Shown here: one piece after another, positions 24,604 to 34,675 of the stretch | Layout of the letters: each line of letters starts with the position of its first letter | Numbering within the stretch: the first letter of the stretch is position 1 | Position numbers and translations under genes: made by a program | Source: a bacterium | Lineage (GTDB): Bacteria; JADJOY01 | DNA: 37,627 nt | NCBI GenBank assembly: GCA_046331705.1 | Contig: JAXLQJ010000068.1 | Coordinates: 1-37,627 of the forward strand | Direction of reading: 5' to 3' | Notes under the pieces: generated by a model | Seen by the model: the letters and a program-made list of their open reading frames with translations, nothing else | Told to the model about the DNA's origin: nothing | Databases searched by the model: none

Positions 24604-27390
24604 ATGCACCGACTCCGCACGCTCCTCTTCCGCGCGTCGCTCACGTGCCTCGTCGTCCTCGCCCTCGGCGTCGCGCGCGCCCCAGCCGACGAGCTCGCCG
24701 AGCGCTTTCCCGCCGACGTGCGCGCCGCGCTGGAGGCGCTTCCGGAGGCCGCGCGCCCGGTGGAGCTACGCGCCACACCGAATGGAGTGCTCTACGTGCA
24801 GCTCGCCAACGGCGCTGAGCTCATCGCCCTGGAGAAGCGCAACGCGCCGGTCGTGACGGTGCAAGCGTGGGTGCGCACCGGCGCGATCCACGAGCAGGAA
24901 TGGCTGGGCGCTGGGCTCAGCCACTTCTGCGAGCATCTGCTCTTCAAGGGCACCACCAAGCGCCCCACCGGGCAGCTCGATCAAGACATCCGCGGCGGCG
25001 GCGGGGACAACAACGCGTACACCAACAGCGAACGCACCGTGTACCACGTGACCACCGCCGCCTCGAGCTTCGGCACCGCGTTCGACGCGCTCTCGGACAT
25101 GGTCATGGCGTCGACGTTTCCGCCCGAGGAAGTGAAGAAGGAACACGGCGTGGTGCGCAAGGAGATCGAGCGCGCCAGCGACGATCCCGACCGGGCGCTC
25201 TGGGATGCGTTCGAGTCGAGCGTCTACCAGGTGCACCCCTACCGCGTGCCGGTGCTGGGCTACGCGGACCGCTTCGATCGCGTGACGCGCGACGAGGTCT
25301 ACGCTTACTACAAGCGCCGTTACAGCCCGTCCAACACCGTCTTCATCGCGGTCGGGGATTTCCGCGCCGCCGACGCGCTCACGCTCATGGCGACCACCGT
25401 CGCCGCCTGGAAGCGCACCAGCGTTCCGCCGGCGCTGGTGCCGAGCGAGCCGCCGCAGGTGGCGCCCCGCGAGGTCGCGGTCTCGCACCATCTCAGCAAG
25501 GTGCCGAAGCTCATGCTCGGCTTCCCCACGGTTTCCGCGCGCGATCCGGATCTCTACGCCCTCGACGTGCTCGCCGGCGTGCTGGGGAGCGGCCGCTCGA
25601 GCCGTCTCTACCAGAGCGTCAAGGACCAGCAGAAGCTCGTGCTCGAGGTCGCGGCGTTCAACTACACGCCCATGGACCCGGGCTATCTGGCGGTCAGCGC
25701 AGCCGTCGAGCCGGCGAACGTCGAGGCGGCCCGCGGGGCGATCCTCGCGGTCCTCGAATCGGCGAAGGTCGAGCCGCCGACGCCCGACGAGCTGGCGCGC
25801 GTGAAGCGCGAGATCGAGGCGAACCGCGTCTTCGGTCAGATGACCGCCGAGGGGATCGCCGAGCAGCTCGGCAACGACTGGCTCACCACCGGCGACCTGG
25901 ACTTCGCGCGGCTCTACTCCGATCGCATCCAGCAGGTCACCGCCGACGAGGTCGTGGCGGCGGCGCGGAAATACATCGACCCCACCAAGCTCAACTTCGT
26001 GGTCATGACGCCTGCCGCGAGCGGCTCGGCGTCCGCCGCGGCCGCGACCGCTCCGAGCGCCGCCGGCAGCGAGCCGGCGCCGGCGAGCGCCGCCGCCGCG
26101 ATCGACGCGCTGAAGGCGTTGCCCGAGGTCGCGGAAGCCACCGTTCGGCACGTCGCGGGCACCAACGTGTACGAGGTGAAGCTCGCGAGCGGCCTGCGGA
26201 TCGTGGTGCGCGAGGACGCCTCGATTCCCGCGGTCCACGGCGCGATCGTGGCGCTCGGCGGACAGCGCTCCGAGCCCGCGGAGAAAGCGGGTGCCGGCAA
26301 CCTGGTGGCGCACATGCTCGACCGCGGCAGCGCCGCCTTCACCAAGACCGAGCTCGCCGCGAAGGTCGAGGGGCTGGGCGCCGAGCTCACGCCGTTCGGC
26401 GGGCGCAACACGTTCGGCATCCAGTTCCGGTGCTTGAAGGACGACCTCCCCAAGATCCTGAGCCTCGCCGGTGAGAGCTTCCTGCGACCGGCGTTCCCGA
26501 GCGAGGAGCTGGAGGCGCTGCGCAAGGAAACGCTCGCGCAGATCGACGAGCAAGAGTCGAATCTGGCGAGCCTCGACCTCAAGATCCTGCGCGCCACGGT
26601 CTTCGGCGACCATCCCTACGGCCGCCCGGTGCTCGGCACCAAGGACACGGTCGCGAGCATCAGCGCCGCGGATCTCGCGGCGCTGCACCACTCCTGGACG
26701 CGCCCCGAGACGAGCGTGGTGTCGTTCTCGGGCGACGTGAGCGTGCTCGAAGCCGTGCATCGGGTCCTCGACTCGTTCCGCAGCTTCCCGCTCGCGGCGG
26801 ACGCGACGCTCGTGCCCCCACCGCTTCAGGCGATCGACTCGGCGCGCGCTGCGCAACGCGAGGTCGCCGGCGTCACCGGCGCAGCCGTGGCGCTCGGCTT
26901 CCAGACCGTGAAGATCGGCAATCCGGATCGCGAGGTCCTCGACGTGATGGACCGGCTGCTCTCCGGGCTCGGCGGCCGCCTCTACGAAGAGCTACGCGAG
27001 AAGCGCGGCATCGTGTACCAGGCGTTCGCGCGAAACGAGAGCCAGCTCGACGCCGGCTTCTTTCTCTTCTTCGCCCAGACCGATCCGCAGAACCTCGAGC
27101 GCACCAAGCAGGTGTTCTGGACGGAGATCGAGAAGCTCGCGCGCACTCCGGTGCCCGCCAAGGAGCTCGACGAGGTCAAGAAATACTTCGCGGGCACCGA
27201 AGCCATCGAGCTCCAGGACCAAGGCCAGGTCTCGCTGCACCTGGCGCTCGCGACGCTCTACGGCGAGGGCATCGAGAGCGTGTTCACGCGCCACGAGAAG
27301 ATCGAGCGCGTGACCGCCGCCGACATCCAGGCCGCGGCTCAGCGCTACTTCTCAACCGATCGCTCGGCGCTCGCCGTCGTGCGTCCCTGA
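24604..27390 (+). CDS. M16 family zinc peptidase (pitrilysin/PqqL-like), exported, two-module
   Basis: GLSHFCEHLLFKGT (HxxEH), NAYT, E..VVRKE, HPYRVPVLG, SSRLY. The second module lacks HxxEH. Signal peptide from ATG 24604. Confidence 0.93.
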   Translation: MHRLRTLLFRASLTCLVVLALGVARAPADELAERFPADVRAALEALPEAARPVELRATPNGVLYVQLANGAELIALEKRNAPVVTVQAWVRTGAIHEQEWLGAGLSHFCEHLLFKGTTKRPTGQLDQDIRGGGGDNNAYTNSERTVYHVTTAASSFGTAFDALSDMVMASTFPPEEVKKEHGVVRKEIERASDDPDRALWDAFESSVYQVHPYRVPVLGYADRFDRVTRDEVYAYYKRRYSPSNTVFIAVGDFRAADALTLMATTVAAWKRTSVPPALVPSEPPQVAPREVAVSHHLSKVPKLMLGFPTVSARDPDLYALDVLAGVLGSGRSSRLYQSVKDQQKLVLEVAAFNYTPMDPGYLAVSAAVEPANVEAARGAILAVLESAKVEPPTPDELARVKREIEANRVFGQMTAEGIAEQLGNDWLTTGDLDFARLYSDRIQQVTADEVVAAARKYIDPTKLNFVVMTPAASGSASAAAATAPSAAGSEPAPASAAAAIDALKALPEVAEATVRHVAGTNVYEVKLASGLRIVVREDASIPAVHGAIVALGGQRSEPAEKAGAGNLVAHMLDRGSAAFTKTELAAKVEGLGAELTPFGGRNTFGIQFRCLKDDLPKILSLAGESFLRPAFPSEELEALRKETLAQIDEQESNLASLDLKILRATVFGDHPYGRPVLGTKDTVASISAADLAALHHSWTRPETSVVSFSGDVSVLEAVHRVLDSFRSFPLAADATLVPPPLQAIDSARAAQREVAGVTGAAVALGFQTVKIGNPDREVLDVMDRLLSGLGGRLYEELREKRGIVYQAFARNESQLDAGFFLFFAQTDPQNLERTKQVFWTEIEKLARTPVPAKELDEVKKYFAGTEAIELQDQGQVSLHLALATLYGEGIESVFTRHEKIERVTAADIQAAAQRYFSTDRSALAVVRP

Positions 27391-28302
27391 CGTCTTGCGC
27401 GCGCGAACGCGCAGATACACGTCGTCTCCGCGGCGGAAGCGCTCGTACTTCTCGCTGTGCGCGACCGCCGCGAAATAGCCGAGCTGGTCGGCGACGAAGC
27501 GCGGCAGGCCGAGGCGCTGGATCCGGCTCTCCTTGGCGTCGCTGGTGAGCCTGAGCGCCTCGACCACGTTCGCGGTGACGTCCTCGACCACGACGTCGTC
27601 GAGCACACCGCAACCCTCGATCGCGCGGCGGAACGCCGACGCTCGACCGGCGGGCCGGAAGTCGGAGAGCAAGAGATGTCCGCCGGGCTTGAGCACCCGC
27701 ACGGCCTCGCCCAAGAAGGCGCCGAAGTTCGGGTAGGTGTGCGAGCTCTCCACGCTCAGCACCACGTCGAACTCGCGATCGGCGAATGCCAGCCGCTCGG
27801 CGTCGCCCTGCTCGAAGCGCAAGCCCGGCACCGCGGCGTGGCGCGCCCGCGACGCGCGCACCGCCGCGTCCGAGAGGTCCACCGCCACGAAGCGCCGCGG
27901 GCGCAGCTGCTGCGCCAACCAGGCCGCACCACCGCCGAGGCCGGCACCCACCTCGAGCACGTCGAGGCCGCCGAGCCCGAGCGTTCCTCCATCGGTGGCG
28001 GTACGCCGATAGAGGTCGAGCGCGGCGCGGCTCACCGCGTCGAGGCCGTCCCCCCGGGGCGGCGCATCGAGGCCGTCCAGCCGCGCGTAGCCGTAGTTGA
28101 GGAAGGGACCGCACGCGCCGGTCTCGCCGAGGAGCGACGTGACCCCGTCGTAGAAATGCCCGTAGAGCGCGCGCGACTCGAAGCGCAAACGCCTGCTCAG
28201 GTCGAGCAACGACCACCACCATGCGAAACGCAACGCCGCCCACAGCACCCGAGCGTGGGTGATCTGGGGCGGCAACGCGGCAAGGGCTGCGGGGGAGCTC
28301 AC
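27352..28302 (-). CDS. Class I SAM-dependent methyltransferase
   Basis: FLNYGY, VLEVGAGLGGG, GDAERLAF, FDVVLSVESSHTYP and RVLKPGG motifs. Convergent 39-bp overlap with the peptidase gene. Confidence 0.9.
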   Translation of the reverse strand: MSSPAALAALPPQITHARVLWAALRFAWWWSLLDLSRRLRFESRALYGHFYDGVTSLLGETGACGPFLNYGYARLDGLDAPPRGDGLDAVSRAALDLYRRTATDGGTLGLGGLDVLEVGAGLGGGAAWLAQQLRPRRFVAVDLSDAAVRASRARHAAVPGLRFEQGDAERLAFADREFDVVLSVESSHTYPNFGAFLGEAVRVLKPGGHLLLSDFRPAGRASAFRRAIEGCGVLDDVVVEDVTANVVEALRLTSDAKESRIQRLGLPRFVADQLGYFAAVAHSEKYERFRRGDDVYLRVRARKTSGTHDGERRAIG

Positions 28303-28344
28303 GGCGCGCCGATCCTCTCACGGCACGCCTGGTGAACGCCACGA

Positions 28345-30015
28345 TCACGGCGCCCGGCGCACCTCGAACACGAGCACCTCGCGGCCCGCGACCGAGGCAC
28401 GGTGCACCAGGTCCAGACCCGGCTCCACGTGCCCTTGGTCGAAGAGCGGCCGCAGCGCCGGCCGGATTCCCCACACGGCGTAGCGGTCGAGCACCAGATG
28501 CGTCACGTGGCGCTTGCGAGCGAAGTCGAGCAATCCCGGCGCATCGGCCGCGACCAGCGCGACCATCGGGCGGCGCGCGTAGAACGCGATCTCCGGCTTG
28601 CGACACATGAGCAGCGCGTTCTCCGGCACGTTGGCGCGTAACCAGTCGCCGACGACCCGGTACTCGATCGGCTCGCTGTGCGTCGCCACGGCCTTGGCGG
28701 TCTTCGCCGCGCCGAAGAGCGCCAGCGTCACGACCAGCGCCACGCCGAGGCGCGCCTCGCGAACGACCCCGATCCGGCGCTCCGCCCAGCGCGCCAGCGG
28801 CTCGATCCCCGCCGCCGCCAGCAGCAACGCCGCCGGCACCACGGGCACCAGAAAGCGCGGCAGGATCCCGTAGAGCGTGAAGGCCGCCACCGGCACCCCC
28901 GCGGCGCTCGCCCACAGCAACCCGCGCCGGCGCTGGGCGCCCGCGCGCCACGCGCTCACGGCGCCGACGACGCTCAGCAACGTCAGCGGCCACGGGTGGA
29001 CCTGCCGCGAGGGCAGCGTCCTCGCCAGATCCCACGCGTTGGCGAAGGCGAACCCGACGGCGAAGAGCGGCTCCCGCCGCGCCACGTCGAAGAACGTGTC
29101 GGCGCGCTCGCGACCGGCGACACCGTCCTCACCGAAGCCCAGCTTCGGTGCCTCGCCGCCGAGATCGTGGGCCGTGAAGCCGAGCGCCTCGTAGGCGAGC
29201 ACGTCGAGCTGATCCTTGCGATGGAGCGGATCCTTGCCGAGCATCGCAAACGCCATCTCCAACACCACCCCCGACTTGGCGCTCAGCGTCCAGCGACCGG
29301 TGTGGCGGTGGAGGTAGTGCACGTAGGGGAAGCTTGCGCCCGCGAAGCTCGCCGCGAGCAACGCCGCCGCGAGCAAGCGGCGTGGCGCGCGCGCGGCACC
29401 GAACGCACCGAGCGCCACCGCCCCGAGCACCGCGTACGCCACCCCTTCCGGGCGCGTGAGATAGGCGCCGCCGAACGCGAGCCCGGCCGTCACGGCCAAC
29501 GCGGCGACGCGGGGGCCGCCCTCGGCGAGCCGTTCGTTCGTCGCGAGCACCGCGAGCCAGCCGCCGTAGGCCAAGAACAGGAAGAGCGGCTCCGACATGG
29601 AGCCCCAGAACCAGCTCGACACGTAGCTCGTGAGCGTGGGCGAGACCGCGACCAGCCACGCCGCCCAGCGCGCCGCCGAGCCGCCCAGCGCGCGCCGCGC
29701 GAGCGCGTGAGCGATCGGCACCAATCCGGCCCCCGCGAGGATGAACACCACGCGGCTCGCCCACTCCGGCGAACCGACGAGCCGCTCGAGCCCTCCCAGG
29801 ATCCACGGGAAGAGCGGCGGGAAGATCAGGTGCGGCGCCCCCAGCAGCGTGAAGCCCTTGCCCGACCACAGGTTGTGGCCGAGCACCAGGTAGAGCGCCT
29901 CGTCGGTGCCGACCGGCCCCTTGGCGAGGGCGTAGCCGAGACGCACCAGCACCGCCGCGAGCGTCGCGAGCCACGGCGAGGACGACGCCGCGCGCCGCGA
30001 CGCGGGTTCGGTCAC
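28345..30015 (-). CDS. GT-C fold glycosyltransferase (GT39/ArnT/PMT-like)
   Basis: DEALYLVLGHNL, FPPLFP, MSEPLF, AYLTRPEG and PRFLVP motifs, multiple TMs. GTG start overlaps the upstream TGA. Confidence 0.88.
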   Translation of the reverse strand: MTEPASRRAASSSPWLATLAAVLVRLGYALAKGPVGTDEALYLVLGHNLWSGKGFTLLGAPHLIFPPLFPWILGGLERLVGSPEWASRVVFILAGAGLVPIAHALARRALGGSAARWAAWLVAVSPTLTSYVSSWFWGSMSEPLFLFLAYGGWLAVLATNERLAEGGPRVAALAVTAGLAFGGAYLTRPEGVAYAVLGAVALGAFGAARAPRRLLAAALLAASFAGASFPYVHYLHRHTGRWTLSAKSGVVLEMAFAMLGKDPLHRKDQLDVLAYEALGFTAHDLGGEAPKLGFGEDGVAGRERADTFFDVARREPLFAVGFAFANAWDLARTLPSRQVHPWPLTLLSVVGAVSAWRAGAQRRRGLLWASAAGVPVAAFTLYGILPRFLVPVVPAALLLAAAGIEPLARWAERRIGVVREARLGVALVVTLALFGAAKTAKAVATHSEPIEYRVVGDWLRANVPENALLMCRKPEIAFYARRPMVALVAADAPGLLDFARKRHVTHLVLDRYAVWGIRPALRPLFDQGHVEPGLDLVHRASVAGREVLVFEVRRAP

Positions 30016-30764
30016 GGCCGAACCGCGAGGCACACGATCGAATGCCCGAACGGCAGCCGCCTCAGCTCGGCGACCCGGCCCTCGAAGGCGAGCCAAGCGG
30101 CGAGCGCGCGGTGCAGGAACGCGGGAAACGGTACGTGCAGGTTGTCGCGTTGCTGGCCGGAGGGCCGCGGAACGAGCGCCTGCTTGATCTTCGCGATCGC
30201 CAGGAAGAGCGCGATGAACGGCAACAACGCCGCGTTGTAGTACGTGGTCCAGACCTCGGTGAAGCCGGCGCGCGCCACCTTCTCCGCGAGCTCGCGCGCC
30301 GTGTAGCGACGCAGGTGATGGGCAACGCGATCGTTGTCCGAGTAGAGCAGCTCGTAGGCCGGCACCGTCACCAGGATCGTCCCGCCGGGCACCAGCACGC
30401 GGTGCGCCTCGCGCAGCGCCGCTTCGTCGTTGGGCAGATGCTCGATCGCGTCGACCAGCGCCGCGAGCGTGGCCACGCCGTCGCGAAACGGCAGCCGCAT
30501 CGCGTCGCCGCCCACGGGTGCCGCGGCGCCGCGCTCGCGGCAGAAATCGAGGGCGACCTTGCTGGCGTCGAGCGCCACCACGTCGCCGAACGCGGCCAGC
30601 GGCTCGAGCATCTCGCCCGCACCGCAGCCGAGGTCGAGCACGCGGCCGCGCGGCGGCCGATAGCGGGTGCGCGAGAGCAGCCCCGTGAAGATCCGCCGGC
30701 GGCCGATGAACCACCAATGGGTCTTCTCGAGATCCCGGAATTGCCGATAAGCGACGAGCTCCAC
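30012..30764 (-). CDS. Class I SAM-dependent methyltransferase (type 11)
   Basis: EKTHWWFIGRR, VLDLGCGAG, DAIEHL, TVPA...DRVAHHLRRY and LPFGHSI motifs. Confidence 0.92.
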   Translation of the reverse strand: MELVAYRQFRDLEKTHWWFIGRRRIFTGLLSRTRYRPPRGRVLDLGCGAGEMLEPLAAFGDVVALDASKVALDFCRERGAAAPVGGDAMRLPFRDGVATLAALVDAIEHLPNDEAALREAHRVLVPGGTILVTVPAYELLYSDNDRVAHHLRRYTARELAEKVARAGFTEVWTTYYNAALLPFIALFLAIAKIKQALVPRPSGQQRDNLHVPFPAFLHRALAAWLAFEGRVAELRRLPFGHSIVCLAVRP

Positions 30765-30773
30765 GTGGACGTC

Positions 30774-31379
30774 TCAGCGGGATGGCGGTTTGGAAACGCA
30801 AGGATGGTCGCGGAGCAGGAATCGCAGCGGCCAGCTCGCCGCGTCGCCCGCGTAGTCGACGCCGACCCGCGGCGCGCGCGCCACGGCGTCGTCCGCGATG
30901 GGCTCGCCGGGCTCGATCCACACCGTCTCGCCGGTGGTGAGGTCGAGGCCCGAATGGCGGCGATCGACCGCCAGCGCCGCGCACACACAGGCCGGCCCGC
31001 GCGCCAGCTCGTGGACCCGACGCCCGGGCCCGCGCCTGCGCCGCATGGCGGCGATGCCCTCGAGGGGCTCACCACCGCGGATCAGCACCGCCTCGGGCAC
31101 GCCGCCCGCCCGCGTCACCGCGTTCATGCAGTGGTGCATGCCGTAGGTGAAGTAGACGTACGCGTGGCCGCCGGCGCCCCACATGGGCTCGTTGCGTGGC
31201 GTGCGTCGGCCGCCGTAGGTGTGGGCCGCGGGATCGTCGATCCCCAGATACGCCTCCACCTCGACGATCCGGATCGACACCCGCCGCCCCCGCGCCTGCC
31301 GCACGATCACCTTGCCGAGCAGGTCGCGCGCCACCTCCTCGGTGGGGCGCAGGTAGAAGTCGCGTCCCAGCGGCTTCAT
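30774..31379 (-). CDS. mpg: DNA-3-methyladenine glycosylase (MPG/AAG family)
   Basis: VARDLLGK, IVEVEAY, DPAAH, AYVYFTYGMHHCMN, AVLIR, GPA and PRVGV motifs. ATG overlaps the upstream TGA. Confidence 0.95.
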   Translation of the reverse strand: MKPLGRDFYLRPTEEVARDLLGKVIVRQARGRRVSIRIVEVEAYLGIDDPAAHTYGGRRTPRNEPMWGAGGHAYVYFTYGMHHCMNAVTRAGGVPEAVLIRGGEPLEGIAAMRRRRGPGRRVHELARGPACVCAALAVDRRHSGLDLTTGETVWIEPGEPIADDAVARAPRVGVDYAGDAASWPLRFLLRDHPCVSKPPSR

Positions 31380-32272
31380 GCGCGAGCGATGCGCCGCGCG
31401 GTGACGATCATCTCGTCGTGGGGGTTCACGTAGAACGTGCGGTTCTCCAGGCCCTTGAGCCGTGCCAGCAGCGGCGTGAGCGCGGGCAGGATGCGCTGGC
31501 TGCGCTCGACCAGGAAGCTGTACGGGATCACCTTCCCGGCTCCCTCGCGAGTCCAGCTCACGAGCTGGAATCCCGCGCGTTCGAGCAGCCGTTCGAGGGT
31601 GCGCGGCGAGAAGTGGAAGAGGTGCTCGCCGTGCTTGAAATGGTGCCAGCGCCTGCCCAGCAGCCGCGCGGTGAGCGACTCCACGTCCTGGGTCTCGATC
31701 ACGAGCCGCCCGTCGGGGGCGAGCCACTCGCGAACCCGCTCGAGGAGCGCGATGGGATCGCCGACGTGCTCGAGCACGTCCCAGAGCGCGATCAGGTCGT
31801 AGGGCGCGTCGCGACCGTCCCAGTCCTCGACGCGACCGTGCGCCACGTCCGCGAGCCCGAGGCTCTCGCGCGCGTGCGCCACCATGTCGCGGTTGAGCTC
31901 GACGCCGTAGGTCCGCCAGCCGGCGTCGCGCATCACCCGCAGGAAGAACCCCGCCGCGAAGCCGGCCTCGAAGACGGTGCCCGTCTCCCGCCACGCCAGC
32001 AGCGGACGGGCGCGACGCCGGAACGTCTCCAGGTAGCAGTCGCGATCGCCGACGTAGTCCGTGTAGCCGCGCTCGCGCGCGATCGGGCTCCGGAAATAAT
32101 CGCCCGTGTAGATCGCCTCACGCGCGCCGGGCGCGAGCCGCGGGCTCAGGTAGACCAGCGTGCAACCCTCGCACTCGAGCACGCGGAACGGATGGGCCTC
32201 GATGCGCGTGCGCGCCGGTCCCGGGCCGCACAGGATGCAGCTCGTGTGCTCGATCTCGTTGGTCGACGACAT
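31376..32272 (-). CDS. Class I SAM-dependent methyltransferase with N-terminal Cys (Zn) motif
   Basis: CILCG...CEGCTLVYLSPR, FEAGFAAGFFL, YDLIALWDVLEH and EHLFHFSP motifs. Confidence 0.9.
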   Translation of the reverse strand: MSSTNEIEHTSCILCGPGPARTRIEAHPFRVLECEGCTLVYLSPRLAPGAREAIYTGDYFRSPIARERGYTDYVGDRDCYLETFRRRARPLLAWRETGTVFEAGFAAGFFLRVMRDAGWRTYGVELNRDMVAHARESLGLADVAHGRVEDWDGRDAPYDLIALWDVLEHVGDPIALLERVREWLAPDGRLVIETQDVESLTARLLGRRWHHFKHGEHLFHFSPRTLERLLERAGFQLVSWTREGAGKVIPYSFLVERSQRILPALTPLLARLKGLENRTFYVNPHDEMIVTARRIARA

Positions 32273-32376
32273 GGAACGTGAGCGCGCGACATGCGCGCGC
32301 GTCCCGCAAGATGGGCACCGGTTCGCGCGCTGGCAACCGCGTGATAGCGTCTCGTGCGAGGTGACGAGGTGACGCG

Positions 32377-33036
32377 ATGGTGATGTGGTTGCGCCGCGGC
32401 AAGCGCTTTCCCGATCCCGAGCTGGAGGCGGACGAGCACGGGCTGGTGGCGATCGGCGGCGAGATCGTCCCCGACCTGCTGGTGGAGGCCTATCGTCGCG
32501 GCATCTTCCCGTGGTCCTCGGATCCGGTGCCGACGTGGTGGTGCCCACACCCGCGCGCCATCTTTCCGCTCGACGCCTGGCGTCCCCATCGCAGCATCCT
32601 GCGCTCGATCCGCCGCGAGGGCTGGACGTTCACCACGGACCGCGCGTTCGTGGAGGTGATGCTGGGTTGCGCCGAGGCCACGACGCGCCGCCCGGAGACG
32701 TGGATCACCGAGGACTTCGTCAATGCGTACGCCGAGCTCCATCGGCACGGAATCGCCCACAGCCTCGAGGTCTGGGAGGGCGACGCGCTGGTGGGCGGGA
32801 TCTACGGCGTGACGCTGGGCGGATACTTCGGTGGGGAATCGATGTTCCACCGCCGCACCGACGCGTCCAAGGCCGCGGTGACCAAGCTCGCCGAGCATCT
32901 GCGCGAGCGGCGCTTCACGCTCTTCGACGCGCAGGTGATGAACCCGCACCTGGCGCGGCTGGGAGCGGTGTCGATCGGGCGCACGGACTTCCTGCGGCGC
33001 CTCAAGCACGCCATCTCCGTCGACGCGTCGTTCTGA
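32377..33036 (+). CDS. aat: Leucyl/phenylalanyl-tRNA--protein transferase
   Basis: GLVAIGG, AYRRGIFPW, WWCPHPRA, TWIT, AHSLEVW, GGIYGV, GESMF, DASK and DAQVMNPHL motifs. Confidence 0.96.
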   Translation: MVMWLRRGKRFPDPELEADEHGLVAIGGEIVPDLLVEAYRRGIFPWSSDPVPTWWCPHPRAIFPLDAWRPHRSILRSIRREGWTFTTDRAFVEVMLGCAEATTRRPETWITEDFVNAYAELHRHGIAHSLEVWEGDALVGGIYGVTLGGYFGGESMFHRRTDASKAAVTKLAEHLRERRFTLFDAQVMNPHLARLGAVSIGRTDFLRRLKHAISVDASF

Positions 33037-33072
33037 TCGAGCGCAGCCGTTCCGGGCGCGGCGTCGAATCGC

Positions 33073-34644
33073 TCAGTAGACCCAGCCGGAGTCGGCGTGG
33101 GGGCGACGGCGAAGGGGCAAGCGGCGCGCCTGCTTCCAGGTCGGGATCGGGTGCAGCTCGACCCGCAGCCGGCGATGATGGATGTGCAGGAAGTAGATCG
33201 CGAGCGCGATCGCGAGCGCGCCCAGGTCGAAGTCGCTGGTGTTGCGCGCGATCCGACCGCAACCGCCTGGCGTGCATTCGTCGCCGAAGCCGTCGCCGTC
33301 GGCATCGCTCTGCGCGGGGTTCACGAGGGTGGGACAGTTGTCGCAGGCGTCCGGCACACCGTCGCCGTCGCCGTCCGCACCCGTGCAGGACGCCGCGAGC
33401 TCGAGCGCGCCGCGGTCGCAGCGCGCCACGTGATCGCCGTCGCCATCGAGGGGCCGCGGATGACCCGCTTGATCGAAGGCGTCGCAACCGGCGGGATCTC
33501 CACTGTCGATCGCCGGGCTCGCGGCCCCGAGCACGACGGCCGAGGTGCTCCCGTCGGCGCTCTCGACGCGCGTGAGCTTCGCGTCCACGCTCGCCAGGTC
33601 CGACGCGCTGGCGAGGCCGCAGCCGCCGCTGGCGTCGAGGTTGAAGCCGCCGCTCGTCAGCGCGCCGTAGCAGGTGCCGGTCACGATCGAGTTGTGGATG
33701 CGGATCACCGCGTTGCCATCCGCTTCCAGGTCCAGGTTGGCGTCGAACGCGAACGTGGAGCTCTCGACCTCGACCTCGCTGCCGGGTGCCGCCAGCAGCG
33801 AGCCGCCGTAGGGCGCGCACAGCCCCTCCAGGCACGCGTACCAGTGGTTGGCGGCGAACACGGTGTCGCGCACCGAGACCTCGCCCTTCGCGTAGATCGC
33901 CCAGTTGCCGTTCTCGCTCAGCAGCGAGCGCTCGATCGTGGCGCTGCCCGCCGGCGCGACGTAGATCCCGCCACCGCCGCCCGGAAGCTCCCAGCCGCTC
34001 ATCCAGCCGTATGCGTTGTTGTAGTGGATCGAGGAATCCTCGACGGCCAGGGTGCCGCTGCCCACGTAGATCGCACCGCCGTACGTGATGCCGGGATCGA
34101 CGCTGCCGAAGTTGTAGGCGAGCAAGACCTTCGAGACCACGACGTGGCCGCTCTCGTCGAGGATCCCACCGCCCCACGGCTTCGCCGCGTCGCGCGCCGT
34201 TCCGCCCTCGATCGCCAGCGACTCGAAGACCACGTTGCGATCGCCGACCACGTGGAACACCCGATCGAGGCCGCCCGCGTCGACGAGGGTGGCCGCCGAC
34301 CCCGCGCCGCGGATCGTCAGGTCGCTCGCGATGTCCAGGTCGCCGGTGGCCGCCGCGTCCTCGCCGCGTCCCGCGATCGCCAGCCGATACGTTCCCGCGG
34401 GCAGCTCGATCACGTCCGCGCCCGAGCCGGCTGCGCAGCCGTCCACGGCTCGATCGCCGTTGGCGGCGATCACCGCTTCGCGCAACGAGCACGTGCCGAT
34501 CGCGCCTTGCGCCGCGTCATCCGCCGTCGTCGTGACGACGATGGTGCCGGCGCGTGCGCGCGACGCGATCGCCAGGACGAGCGCGCAGAGGATCACGGCG
34601 CTGCGCGCACGATCGTCACGAATGTTCGCGAGAGGAGACTGCAT
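33073..34644 (-). CDS. CSLREA-domain surface protein with choice-of-anchor Q-like region, TSP3 repeats and MYXO-CTERM-like tail
   Basis: Signal peptide, VTTTADD...CSLREAV, ASPAIDSG...DQAG.PR...CDRGALE, DGDGDGVPDACDNCP...NPAQSDADGDGFGDEC, then GGCG, a TM helix and a basic tail. Confidence 0.88.
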   Translation of the reverse strand: MQSPLANIRDDRARSAVILCALVLAIASRARAGTIVVTTTADDAAQGAIGTCSLREAVIAANGDRAVDGCAAGSGADVIELPAGTYRLAIAGRGEDAAATGDLDIASDLTIRGAGSAATLVDAGGLDRVFHVVGDRNVVFESLAIEGGTARDAAKPWGGGILDESGHVVVSKVLLAYNFGSVDPGITYGGAIYVGSGTLAVEDSSIHYNNAYGWMSGWELPGGGGGIYVAPAGSATIERSLLSENGNWAIYAKGEVSVRDTVFAANHWYACLEGLCAPYGGSLLAAPGSEVEVESSTFAFDANLDLEADGNAVIRIHNSIVTGTCYGALTSGGFNLDASGGCGLASASDLASVDAKLTRVESADGSTSAVVLGAASPAIDSGDPAGCDAFDQAGHPRPLDGDGDHVARCDRGALELAASCTGADGDGDGVPDACDNCPTLVNPAQSDADGDGFGDECTPGGCGRIARNTSDFDLGALAIALAIYFLHIHHRRLRVELHPIPTWKQARRLPLRRRPHADSGWVY

Positions 34645-34659
34645 GGCCCTGCCGGTGGT

Positions 34660-34675
34660 TGCATTTCCGATGCCC
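34660..34675 (-). promoter_or_regulatory. Sigma-54 promoter candidate for the CSLREA gene
   Basis: Minus strand GGGCAT-CGGAA-ATGCA. Inverted repeat GCGAAAT-N8-ATTTCGC upstream at 34738-34759. Confidence 0.5.

Noticed and set aside
30016-30984. N-terminal extension of the 879-aa ORF (and similarly 31380-31994 on the mpg ORF)
   Set aside because: Out-of-frame overlap with real neighbouring genes. The true starts are the coupled GTG 30015 and ATG 31379.
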